Source of the DNA: Ginkgo biloba
Taxonomy: Eukaryota; Plantae; Ginkgophyta
Direction of reading: 5' to 3'
Length of the DNA stretch: 18,236 nucleotides
Assembly: GCA_024626585.2 (NCBI GenBank)
Contig: JANKJI020000004.1
Location: 53,903,595-53,921,830, forward strand
A model generated the notes under the pieces. That model saw nothing but the letters and a program-made list of their open reading frames with translations. It made no database searches and was not told the DNA's origin. The first letter of the stretch is position 1, and every line of letters begins with the position of its first letter. The position numbers and the translations under genes were made by a program. Positions 1-10,344 of this stretch are shown here, piece by piece.

Positions 1-147
1 GTGCATAATTGTTGAATGTCATCGTTCATTCAAAATTTTCAAAAATTGGTCTCCCCTTGGCCCCTTGAAATTTTTTCACTTTCACTTCTTCTTAGATATG
101 AATGGTTTGAATTTTGGCATAGCAACATTATTCTTCCACATGACATC

Positions 148-1757
148 TTATAGGATATCCACTTTCCTTTCTATATAAAATAGCTCCTCATCGAGTTTTG
201 GTAGTTGTGTTTGTGTATCTTCCATCTTTTGTAGTGCATCGGGAGCTTTATTGGTGGCTTCCTCCATGCATAATTGTGCATCAAATAAATCTATCCACTT
301 CCTGTCACATTCTATGATCCAAGCTCCTAATTTTGGAATAATTCCTTCTAGGTCAAGAGGGATATCCTTCTCAAAACTATTGATCAAACATTGGTAAGCA
401 TCATATCTAGTGCACACATCAACGAACCATGTGTTAGAAAAGTCTGCAATAAATTTAATTTTTAATTCATCCATATGGGCCTACTCTCGTGCATCTTTGG
501 TCTCCTGTGTAACTCCTTGACTGGGGTCCTTCACTTTCCTTAGTAAATCGTGNNNNNNNNNNNNNNNNNNNNNNNNNNNNNNNNNAGGTTTCCAAGCTTC
601 ATGATTCTGCAACTCACAATCCTTCTTATCCAAACCTTCTTAAAACACATTAATGCAGTTGCTACAATCCAATTTGATATGACCATTGGGAATAGAATTG
701 GCCCACATTAGTCTTGGGATAGTTTCCAGTGAATTGTACATGGGTTGATTATTTGTCGAAATCTGCATTCCTTTGTCATGCATTCATTTTTTAGACATAG
801 CAGTAGGTTCCATTGGTGGATTAGCCGTGGTCCCTTCCCTTTTCTTTTTCTATTTTTTCCTCATCTACAAATTCTTGTAGAACCAACTCCTAGCCAATGA
901 CCAATTCTTCTTTCTCCCTATTTACTTCAGCAACAATTTCTTCTACTCTCACTGCTGCTTACTCAATTTCTTCATTTCCTGGTAGCAACCACTGCAATGT
1001 CTTTTGCACTTTTATCATCCATAGGACTACATCCTCTCCTTGAATTACTCTCTTTGAATAGCATGCAAATCATCCAAAGATTTGTGGGAATCCAGGGGCA
1101 TCATTGGTGATGAGCAAATCCATCGTTGGGCACTATGCAAGGAGGAGCCCCTAAAAAATGGTTGGGAAAAAGAATGACACTATGCAAGCCGCTTCTTGAA
1201 TATTTCTCAGCAATGTGAACATGCAGAACCAAATATAGGCACATTGATTGTAATGCATACCTAAGTTGACTTCTTGGATGGTTGAGTGCAGTTGAAGCAA
1301 CATACGATTGTACTTTTGATATTCGAATAACTTGGCAACCATTAACTTCATTATCCACTACAAGTTTGGGTCATGCGATCCTTCAATTTTGATGCCCAAG
1401 GTTGAAGTATCTAATACATCCTCACCATATTCTCTTATCTATGTCCTTTCGGTCTTGCCTGGCCGTAATTGGTACTTTCGGCCTGTCGCATGGTAAACTA
1501 GTTACTTTATGTATGGCATCTTTAGTGATTCAAAGAAATTTTGGGCAGGGTACCACCATCCCAATTGAAAAAGCTAGACTTCCAAATTTGTAAAACAAGG
1601 AGGGATACACAAAATAGTCCTTCAACTCTGCTTTCTCCAGGGCTCAACATATGGGGTTGCTTGCAAGAAAGGCCAATAATTGGGCATGCAATTCAAGCTC
1701 ATCACGTTCCCAAATTTCTATCTAAAAGTTGGGCACCTTCTTTTGTACGATTTTCAT
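148..1757 (-). pseudogene. Disrupted extra ORF (~530 codons), probably of a Ty3/gypsy element: PMD-like N-terminus, charged linker, helical/coiled-coil-like C-terminus
   Basis: Hand translation across frameshifts (~1440, ~835, possibly ~1535-1620) and about ten stops gives MKIVQKKVPNF*IEIWERDELELHAQLL...ITKDAIHKVTSLPCDRPKVP (ITKDAIHKVTSLP at 1491-1529)...GIKIEGSHDPNL*WIMKLMVAKLFEYQKYN...GMHYNQCAYIWFCMFTLLRNIQE...SFFFPTIF*GLLL, then an E/K-rich linker. The final frame runs through the 33-N gap into ORF 148..474. ORF-track entries 1151..1351 and 148..474 are pieces of it. Confidence 0.6.
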
Positions 1758-2241
1758 CTTCTCCTTCGAGGGTTGCTTTGCATTCTTCCCCATTTTTACA
1801 ATGTTCACTACTTGACTATGCTTGGTTACTTGCTTAATGCCTCGATCATAATCTTTCTTAGCTCAATTGCAACTTTCCTTCATTTGATTGTAATTGTCTC
1901 TTGGACGCAACTCAAGTTAAATGATTGCTTCTGTGATGATCACCCCAGGGTAGCTGGTTTTAAATTTTTTGTCACATGTCAAGTGCCATCATGATCGAGT
2001 CTGGTGAGGTGGGACGCACGGTGGACAACCTATCCTTGGAATGCACTCACGTCATGCAGAAGTGATAGGTATTCATCATATGATTATGCTTTTAATGAAA
2101 GGTGCTATTAATGTTGGCCAAGGCATGGGTTGCTTTCCACANNNNNNNNNNNNNNNNNNNNNNNNNNNNNNNNNNNNNNNNNNNNNNNNNNNNNNNNNNN
2201 NNNNNNNNNNNNNNNNNNNNNNNNNNNNNNNNNNNNNNNNN

Positions 2242-3090
2242 CATAGTAGGAACATTGGCCAAAGTGAAGGGCATTACTTTGTATGTGTATGTTCCCCATT
2301 CAGTAATGGAGGTTGTCTTAAGTTGATCTTCCGATGCAATGCTAACTTGATTATACCCGTTGAATCCATCAGTAAATGAATATTGTTTGCAGTTAGCCAC
2401 ACATTCTAACACGTCCTTAGTGAAAGGAAGTTAAAAGGGATTTTTTTGGTTACGTTGTTGAGTTCCTTGGAGTCTCTAAAAACATGGATCTTTCCATTCT
2501 TCTTTTTAACAATAACAATCGGGCTAACCGATTCACTTTTATCTATCTCATAGATGTAACCCACGTTCAACATTTTATTTATCTTTGCTTTGACTTGTTC
2601 TATAAAATGAGAATTCATCCAGTATGGCCTTTGTCTTTTGGGTTTGGCTCTTTCGATAAGTTCGATGTAATGGTGTTCTAATTTTGAAGGTATTCCTTTT
2701 AAATCCTTATATGACCAAGTGAATACATCACGGTATTCCTGAAAGAGCACAGTAGCTTGTGTCATTGTAGACATGTCCCAATAATCAACCATCGTGATGT
2801 GATGTGGATCTTCTTTTGTTTTGATATTAACCTTATAGGTCTTGAGACCTTCAAAGTGTACAACCTTCTTGTCAGGTGTTAAGGTATGCACTAGCTTACT
2901 ATCGATTTCTCTTTTGCAATACTCTATTTTCGAAAAGCTTTTTGGATATTGACTATTGGGAGTTGGCACTAGATCATTTGGTGGTATGATTCGTTCTGGT
3001 CATTATCCATCTTCGAACTTTGTATCACTGACTGTTTAGATACTATAACATTGGACTTCTTGTATCTTTTGTATGAGGTTAGGGCCGACT
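2242..3090 (-). pseudogene. Ty3/gypsy pol remnant: protease-RT spacer and N-terminal half of reverse transcriptase, non-chromovirus (Athila/Tat-related) type
   Basis: ORF 2406..2969 gives EYRDVFTWSYKDLKGIP...KPKRQRPYWMN...VSPIVIVKKKNGKIHVFRDSKELNNVTKK. After a frameshift in an A-run (~2441-2447) it continues LPFTKDVLECVANCKQYSFTDGFNGYNQVSIASEDQLKTTSITEWGTYTYKVMPFTLANVPT, the canonical early gypsy RT blocks. It is cut by the 100-N gap at 2142-2241. The upstream boundary is approximate. Confidence 0.92.
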
Positions 3091-3315
3091 ATCTATTTCC
3101 TTGTGATGAAGTTTTCCACGAATTTTGATTGTATCTCATTCCATGAATCTTTTTGTATCAATTCTTGTTAACAAAAGTAATCTTTTGTATGTGACCACTG
3201 CTAATGAAATTTTGCTTTCACTATATGCATTATAGGCTCTAGATCAATTTAATTCCATGATTGAGGGCATTGAGAATCATTGAGATTAAGGAGAAGAGCA
3301 TAGTTTCATGGAGTT

Positions 3316-4397
3316 TGTAAGGGGGCAACCTTGGACATAACCCATGGGCTGCCACCCATTGATGTTCACATTTGATATTATGCTCCATTTTGTGTTGTTA
3401 TTTATTATTTTTGGTGTTCGTTGTGCATATTTTGATGGGTATAGTTTACCCCTCAATATTTTGGCATTGTTGCGATAGTTCAGATCTTTAAGGGTTTCTT
3501 TCGGTTTCTTTTTGTATCTTTGTATGATGCTTGTGATGGCAGTAAGGAAGAGATGATATGTGAGGAATTCAAAGGTGGAGGAAGTGGTTTGGAGATGAAT
3601 TATTGAGGGATGTGGTTAAGTTGAGTTTTGGGGTTTCTACTAGATGGAGTTTAAATGAATGAATCCAAGATCAAAAGCAAAAATAAATCCCTTAGAGAGC
3701 ACTGCGATTTGGGTAGGATATGAGTTGATGATAGGTGGTTACATAAAAGATTGAAGATTTGAAGTTGTTCTAAACAATAATAATGATAATAATAATAATG
3801 GAAAAAGAAGCGAAATATGGTTCTTCATGCAAAAGATGGGGATTTTTCTAACAATATTGACGGCCAAATTTCTAGTTCCCTTTTTCTTTTATGAGGGTGT
3901 CTCCTATCATCTTTGTTCTATCACAAGAATGAAATGATAATTATCCATATCATTTGTGCGTTAGTGTATATGGGGTGTAATTGGTGGTGCTTATTTGTGA
4001 AAATGACATTNNNNNNNNNNNNNNNNNNNNNNNNNNNNNNNNNNNNNNNNNNNNNNNNNNNNNNNNNNNNNNNNNNNNNNNNNNNNNNNNNNNNNNNNNN
4101 NNNNNNNNNNCCTCGAGAAAACAACTGAGAAGCTCTTCTCTTTCAATTTCTTGTGGGAAAAACTCTAGAAACAACCTAGAAATGTTATTAAAAACAAAGG
4201 GGAAACATTTTCTAGGAGTTTCAATTTCTGAAGCCTTTACAAGTTTTGAAAACAATCCCTTTCGCTCCAAGTTTTTGTTACATAGCTTATTTTTGTTTTG
4301 TTGCTACTCTAGTAGGACAAAGCCTTCATTATTGCTTTTCTAGAGGGTTTGATCTACTATAGGATGGTTAAGGTTCCCTTATTTTTCTATTCTTACA
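3316..4397 (+). mobile_element. Putative LTR (solo, or collapsed across a gap)
   Basis: Begins TGTAAG (3316) and ends CTTACA (4392-4397), a 6-bp inverted terminus with TG...CA. The interior is non-coding and integrase sequence follows immediately at 4398. There is an internal 100-N gap, and the flanks (GAGTT / CAATC) are not a clean TSD. Confidence 0.5.
3776..3799. repeat. (AAT)8 microsatellite with one interruption
   Basis: aataataatgataataataataat. Confidence 0.85.
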
Positions 4398-4810
4398 CAA
4401 TCACCTTTTCTCAAGATACATAGACAAAGATAGCGCATCAACCTTTGAAGAGATATATCTACTGAAGGAATAAAACAAAAGAGATTATTGATAATGTGAA
4501 GGCACATGAGTAATGTCGTATTGATAAAGTAGGCATTGAACATCCGAGGGGTTTGTTCATTCCAATTCCAATACTAAGGGGTAAATGGCAAAGTCTCTTG
4601 ATGTATATGAATACTACAAAGTATTAAAAGAACTTAGAAATAACATGATAAATTTTTGTTGTGCTAGATAGAATTTCAAAGATGGCTACTTTTATTCCTT
4701 AATTTCAAGGATTCTGGTAGTTGAAATTTTGTGCAAAGTATCAAAATGTTTTGTGAGTGATAGGGATCTTTCTTATTCTGAAAGGGTTGATTTCATTAGA
4801 TAGAAAGAAT
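4398..4810 (+). pseudogene. Degenerate Ty3/gypsy (chromovirus-type) integrase: end of zinc finger and start of catalytic core
   Basis: Hand translation: KEIIDNVKAHE*CR...HPRGLFIPIPILRGKWQSLLM (from 4541), IFVVLDRISKMATFIP (4652-4699) and FVSDRD (~4749-4766). These match the GLLxPLPIPxxxWESISMDF / IFVVVDRFSKMAHFIP / IVSDRD motifs. Many stops and frameshifts; absent from the ORF track. Confidence 0.85.
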
Positions 4811-6133
4811 NNNNNNNNNNNNNNNNNNNNNNNNNNNNNNNNNNNNNNNNNNNNNNNNNNNNNNACACCAACAATAACTACTTACCCAAGAAAAAAGGCA
4901 TATATCATGTCCCTCAACACAAGAAAGTAATATAGCCCTAAGGGTACAATCCACACTCCTAATTCAACCAGAAAAAATAAAAACTCCAAGGGTCGAACTT
5001 GAAGAAGAGATAAGTCCACAACCCTAAGAGCAAAGAAGCATATAAACACAAATAGTTGATCATAGGGGCTTTTGTAGAGCATTGTTTGGGGTAGGAGGAG
5101 GTGGATCTTTTTATCATTTCCTCAACCAAAGGGCTCTTGGTCAACTAGACCCCCTTACCCATCTTNNNNNNNNNNNNNNNNNATGTAACGGTTCGGTCTT
5201 TCAACCCAACCACTTAATCGGTAAATCAAAATCCAATAATAAAATAACATAATCAAATACAAAGCACATATCATGTTAAGTAGTTGGGAGAACATACTAG
5301 ACTGCTAGGACCTAGGGGGTAAGTTATTGTGTCATATACAAGCTATCACTATTGGCCATGAGGACCCCTAAAGGACTTAACCATAGTTGCCAACTCAAAC
5401 CTTCGACGTGATCAAGGCTAACTGTCAACCCCAAACAACCTTTCCGTTTGAGTCCACCCCTTGCAACTGGAAAGAGTGACAAGGTGAAGGCTCCATCCTT
5501 CATTTAGGCACTAGGGTCATCTCTTCATCAATGAGATACCCTTCCTTATGACAACATATATCATTTTTGCACTTTCCTTTCAAGCATTATTGGCGTAGTG
5601 CAAATCAAGTTGGACTTACAATACCCACTTTAGTGTGCTAGCACACCACTACAACTTTCGTGCTCGTCTCAGGAGTACCATGGGTTACTAGTTCCCTCCT
5701 CTAACTGTCAGGCCTAAGGACTTGTAGTCCACATCAAGCTGTCAAGGCAAGTCCATGCTAATACAATCCCTAGCTCGGATGTCATACCAATGTCCTCACT
5801 GATATTGCGTATGTGTATGCCACAATAACTGGCTTCATAAACCTAATTCAAGTAGTCAAGCATTTCGTCTAGTACCCCTCTAAGACTCTGAGTAGTGGCA
5901 TGATATAGACCAACAAAATTAAGGATCTAACCTTATCATAATCAATGGTATCACAAACATAATATAAACATAATCATAATCATACCTTGCTGTAGGGTCT
6001 AGTACTCTAGAATTTTGTTCCTGGCAATCACAATGTCCTCTTCACCCCTTTTCGTAATCCTTCTCGGCTTCCATGCAAAAGAGCTCTGTTCCTGTAAGGT
6101 TAGGATAATCGTACTATTTATAGAGTAGAGATT

Positions 6134-6475
6134 GTACAGTCAGTAAGTACAAGGTGCAAGGACAGTCGTACGATCTGCAACAGTAGCAAAAGAGACAGAT
6201 GTATGACCTTTAATGATGAAGGTGACAGGTATACGACCTACAAGTACAACAAGAACATGTGTACAATCTGTAGTAGTAGTAAATGCAGATGTACGACCTA
6301 TAGTTATGGCAAATAACAGGTGTACGGTCTACAACAATAATAATTTTAGGTGTACGACTTGCAACAACAATAATTGTAAGGGTACGGTCTATAGCAACAA
6401 TAATATCAGCTTTACGGTTAAGGACATCTACAATAAAGATTGTACGGTCAAGGGCAACAAATGTACGATCAACAA
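6134..6475. repeat. 30-bp-period degenerate tandem array, core TGTACGRYC, ~12 units
   Basis: Cores at 6134, 6168, 6201, 6231, 6261, 6291, 6322, 6352, 6382, 6412, 6442 and 6463, mostly 30 bp apart. The intervening ~20 bp are A-rich (CAA/TAA) and variable. Confidence 0.9.
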
Positions 6476-6542
6476 CTTTCAATAAAGGATAGGCGTAGAA
6501 AACAATGAGAAAAACTTATGCCCTAATGACCAAGTCGTACCT

Positions 6543-6553
6543 CCTTTTATAGG
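6543..6553 (-). promoter_or_regulatory. Putative LTR TATA box CCTATAAAAGG
   Basis: Plus-strand ccttttatagg reads CCTATAAAAGG on the minus strand, oriented toward the LTR 3' end at 5184. Confidence 0.55.
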
Positions 6554-7099
6554 TCATGAAGGGGTGCGACCGTACTTCAGGTCATCTGATAGTGTAGGCG
6601 CATGATTGTTCAGTTTCTTTGCATANNNNNNNNNNNNNNNNNNNNNNNNNNNNNNNNNNNNNNNNNNNNNNNNNNNNNNNNNNNNNNNNNNNNNNNNNNN
6701 NNNNNNNNNNNNNNNNNNNNNNNNNCCATCCCAATAAAGATGGTTAGCACACCCCCACTAGTGGAAGAATAATGATGGGAAGACCCCACCTAATGTGGAG
6801 CCTTGAAGCTAACCTTTTAATGGAGACAACAAAAATTAAGTGGATGATAGCAATGATGCTTTCTTGTCTCCATTCCCCATGGTTTCCTCGATAACATAAT
6901 ATATGGTGAAATGCTCACTTACCCTTGGGGATTGTTATTATCTTTTTTTTTATGATTCTTCTTTGCCCTTGGTGTTGTTATCTCAACTACTCCTACATCA
7001 TTATTTTTTCACAATTTATCCCTCTATTCTGAGGTATAATTTTGTGGATCTTTTCTAACTCCACCCCAATTCTATTGTGATTTTCCATAATACTATTGA

Positions 7100-9126
7100 T
7101 ATAATGAAAGAAAATATATGATAAAAAAGGTATGCAGTACAAGGACATACAAGGCTAAAGCTATAGGATAATTCTACCTTAAAGATTGNNNNNNNNNNNN
7201 NNNNNNNNNNNNNTCACTAATACTAGTGATTCAAGTAAATGTAAGATGAGTAAATCCCATGTCGTTAAATTCAAGTGATGACCAAAACATAATGTATCCA
7301 AGGAGGAGAGAATGAATCCCCACTCAATCCTATTATAAGCTTCATTATACTTAAAATCAAAGAATAAAATGCCCTATTAATAAGTGACTCTAATTATACA
7401 AGCCTCCAATAAATCTTGTTTGCTTAGGACGAAGAATTTTTTGGAGNNNNNNNNNNNNNNNGGATTAAAGACTTAGATAACATATTATTAGAAGAAACTT
7501 TTAACAAAGTGATCAATCTTTAATTGGAGATTAATTCAATACCTCCTACCTTGAATATGAGATTGATATTATCTCAATTAATATTAAGTCCAATGGATTC
7601 TAAGAACACTTGAGGAGAATAGAACATATAAGCTCCCATGTTGCTTCACAAAATTCAAAAGGTAAACTATCAATATTTTAGTGCTTTCTCAAAATCCATA
7701 TCTTATAATGCACATGTTAATTATTCAAGACTAATAGGAAACTTGCAAGCTCTATATTATTNNNNNNNNNNNNNNNNNNNNNNNNNNNNNNNNNNNNNNN
7801 NNNNNNNNNNNNNNNNNNNNNNNNNNNNNNNNNNNNNNNNNNNNNNNNNNNNNNNNNNNNNNNNNNNNNNNNNNNNNNNNNNTGACTCTTGACAACTAAT
7901 ATTTTTTTTTAAAGATGACTTTTCTTCTCTTCAAAAATAGTTGAAAGAAATATTTATAGGGCTTATCACCTACCCTGGGACAACAAAGTCTAGTACTAAC
8001 ATAAGATCCTTTGGCTACACTTAATTTCATAAGTAAATTTGATCACTATGGGTTTATGAAATTCAAAGTGAGGTGTATTTTTAAGATCTCCCTAATTTTA
8101 GTAGAACTCCTTTGAAATTTCCCTAACTCCTCTTCTTTCAATAAAATATGCCTTGTTATTAAGCCCTCTTAAGAAGGCAATTCTAGATTTTTCTTTATTA
8201 TAGTAGTTAATCTGAATGTGTTCATCCTTGGATTAAGGAAAAAGAAGACTTGATTGAAATAAGGGAGATAATGAGTACCTAGTTGTATCAAATCTCCAAG
8301 CAATTGTAAATAATATTAGACTATAGTAAGAAGGGGAAGCATAATTAATAACTTAATCTGGATTTCTAATGGGACTAATTATAAACTAACCCCCTTTATC
8401 AATTACTTTAACAAATTTTGTTTATTCCTTAGATATTATTGCAACACTAAATATTACANNNNNNNNNNNNNNNNNNNNNNNNNNNNNNNNNNNNNNNNNN
8501 NNNNNNNNNNNNNNNNNNNNNNNNNNNCTCGTAGGACTCCTGTTGAGAAGATATATTGTTATTTGAACAATTGAAAAAAATATTAGACTACGACAAGAGA
8601 GGGAAGCATAATTGATCACTTGATTTGGATGTTATAAGAAGGATCAATAATGAATTGATCACCTCTATTGAGCACTCTATCTCTGTAAAACCTTTGTATG
8701 TTTATGCCTAGAACTAAACCAACTATTTCAAATTATGCCTATCATAGAATGCCTATTTGGATCAAGAAAATCAAGTCTTGATTTCAATTGAAATATAATG
8801 GCTTTTCATATATGTTAATTAATTAACCAACCCCTTACTTGTCTTTTGAATCTTCTAGTATGATATAATCCCCACATATACCTCTCAACAATTGTTGGAA
8901 TCATAGATATTTGTTATACCAAATATAATGTTATTTACATTCGATAGTGACCTCACTATCCTTTTTTATGGGCCTTAAATAATGATACACAATAATATAG
9001 TGTGTGAATATAACAGATGAATCTCTTCCTCTTATGCCTGAGGCCATATAATTCTTATATTTGGATTAATCTCAAGTGATATGATTTTGATCTTCTAAAA
9101 AGTAATACATCAAGACTACTTTTCAA
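7100..9126 (-). mobile_element. Heavily decayed L1-type LINE ORF2 remnant (APE endonuclease, linker, reverse transcriptase)
   Basis: Motifs occur in the expected order on the minus strand: SLDVLLF...IRIIWPQA (~9040-9120); NNIIFGITNIYDSNN (NIYAPN motif, ~8890-8935); a CGDYII-like LEDSKDK block (GDFN motif, ~8840-8880); SQVGDKPYKYFFQ (~7940-7980); PISLE*LTCAL*DMDFEKA...EFCEATWELI and LITLLKVS (7462-7761); LQKILRPKQTRFIGG and EAYNRIEWGFIL...CFG (7270-7446); SLR*NYPIALALYVL (SIRQGCPLAP motif, ~7140-7185). Confidence 0.88.
8298..8680. repeat. Diverged direct duplication (~100 bp) within the LINE, on either side of a gap
   Basis: tattagactatagtaagaaggggaagcataattaataacttaatctggat (from ~8314) versus tattagactacgacaagagagggaagcataattgatcacttgatttggat (from 8581). 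Confidence 0.8.
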
Positions 9127-9284
9127 NNNNNNNNNNNNNNNNNNNNNNNNNNNNNNNNNNNNNNNNNNNNNNNNNNNNNNNNNNNNNNNNNNNNNNNNNN
9201 NNNNNNNNNNNNNNNNNNNNNNNNNNAGTGCTCCTGCTACATCATGAGCTTGACATCACATCTACTTTATTCCTCCTTAATTGG

Positions 9285-9617
9285 ATAAGAATGACCTATC
9301 AACAGTAACTAATTGAACCCATAATTATGGTTTGCTCAATATTTAACTACAGTTGACTCAATACTAACGATTATTATAACAAAGTATTATTATAATATTA
9401 CTAAAATATTAACAAATTAATATTTTATAGCAAATGTTATAATACTTTGATCTAGCAATTGTTAGTATTGAGTCGACCACAGTTGAGTATTGAACTAATC
9501 ATAATTAAGTATGGGCTCAAATAGTTAGTAACCTATTTTTTGGTTGGTTTGATTTTGAATGGTTGACTTTTTAAACCAATAAAAAAATAATGGATTGTTA
9601 GATAGGTTGTTTCTTAT
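9285..9617. repeat. Long imperfect palindrome (foldback/MITE-like hairpin)
   Basis: Arms 9306-9412 and 9417-9527 surround a 4-nt loop (CAAA) and match at about 83 of 107 aligned positions by hand count. An outer pair, 9285-9304 / 9596-9617, extends the stem. Confidence 0.88.
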
Positions 9618-9689
9618 CTCTCTTATTTTTAAAGGTGTGCACATAAAATACAAGGCCATACACACATTATATATGTATATAATGGATTA

Positions 9690-10215
9690 AAAATATCTAT
9701 ATCCAATCAAACCTATAGTCCACTATGGTTGAAACTTGTGTACAATTAGACCAATACTTAAATTATAGTCATTCAGTAATAACTCTACTCTATATAAAAG
9801 AACAAATATCCATCCAACAAAACCTCAACTTGATTATGGTTTNNNNNNNNNNNNNNNNNNNNNAATTATGGTTTGGGTAATACTTAATTATGGCCAACTT
9901 AATAATATATGTAGACTATATTAAGAAATAGGCTCCAACCAAACTTGCCCTTTGCTATAGTTAGTCCAATGCTTAATTATCATTAAGTCATTCATTGACT
10001 ATGGTTAGCTCAAAACTTAACTAACATAAAATCAATAATAAATTTATGTGATAGTTATAAAAATAGGCATCTATTTAATCAAGCCCATATTTCAAATTGC
10101 TTCACTCAATACCTAACTCTCGTTAATACATAGTGGCGATTAGCTCAATACTTAGCTAAAGTTGACTCAATGTTAACCATACTCATACTAATAGTAGTCA
10201 TAGTTAGTTCAACAT
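9690..10215. repeat. Degenerate AT-rich array of a ~21-bp subunit (TATGGTTRRCTCAATACTTAA-like) with a loose 110-135 bp higher-order period
   Basis: Recurring variants such as attatggtttgggtaatacttaattatgg (~9865), ctatagttagtccaatgcttaattat (~9955), ctatggttagctcaaaacttaact (~10000) and gattagctcaatacttagctaaagttgactcaatg (~10137). The same subunit forms part of the palindrome arms. Confidence 0.6.
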
Positions 10216-10344
10216 ATTATAAATTGCTGTTAATAGTAATAATATTCTATGAATTATTACTAAGATGTTATGAAAATATACTAAACTAACATTACATTAA
10301 TATTTTAAGGAAATTGTTTCCATTTGTTTCTAATATTAAGTAAA

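Larger units (their letters stand above)
5184..6626 (-). mobile_element. Long LTR (promoter-to-3' end portion) of a gypsy-like retrotransposon
   Basis: The minus strand ends ...GACCGAACCGTTACA at 5184, a typical LTR 3' terminus. It carries a TATA box at 6543-6553, splice-like signals and an internal repeat array, and has no retroelement protein motifs. It is flanked by gaps, so no PBS, PPT or TSD is visible. Confidence 0.6.

Noticed and set aside
148-1757. env-like gene (endogenous retrovirus-like element)
   Set aside because: There is no signal peptide or convincing C-terminal transmembrane anchor, and the motif order fits a PMD-like extra ORF better.
1402-1994. Plus-strand ORFs 1402..1593, 1541..1837 and 1680..1994
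   Set aside because: These are antisense shadows of the minus-strand extra ORF and its leader, with no motifs.
2242-4810. RT and integrase as parts of one pol gene
   Set aside because: They are on opposite strands and carry different lineage signatures.
4865-5165. Faint resemblance of ORF 4882..5082 (ICFFALR...IVPLGLYYFLV) to LINE ORF1 DUF4283
   Set aside because: Too weak to call by eye, and the fragment is isolated between gaps. It would need an HMM search.
6134-6475. CRISPR-like reading of the conserved-core/variable-spacer 30-bp array
   Set aside because: The core is only ~9 bp, the spacers are related low-complexity CAA/TAA sequence, there are no cas genes, and the context is a eukaryotic LTR.
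6210-6485. Overlapping 90-aa ORFs on both strands (VVDRT repeats / N-rich)
   Set aside because: They are a by-product of the 30-bp repeat. A 31-bp unit shifts the peptide repeat out of frame and there is no recognisable domain.
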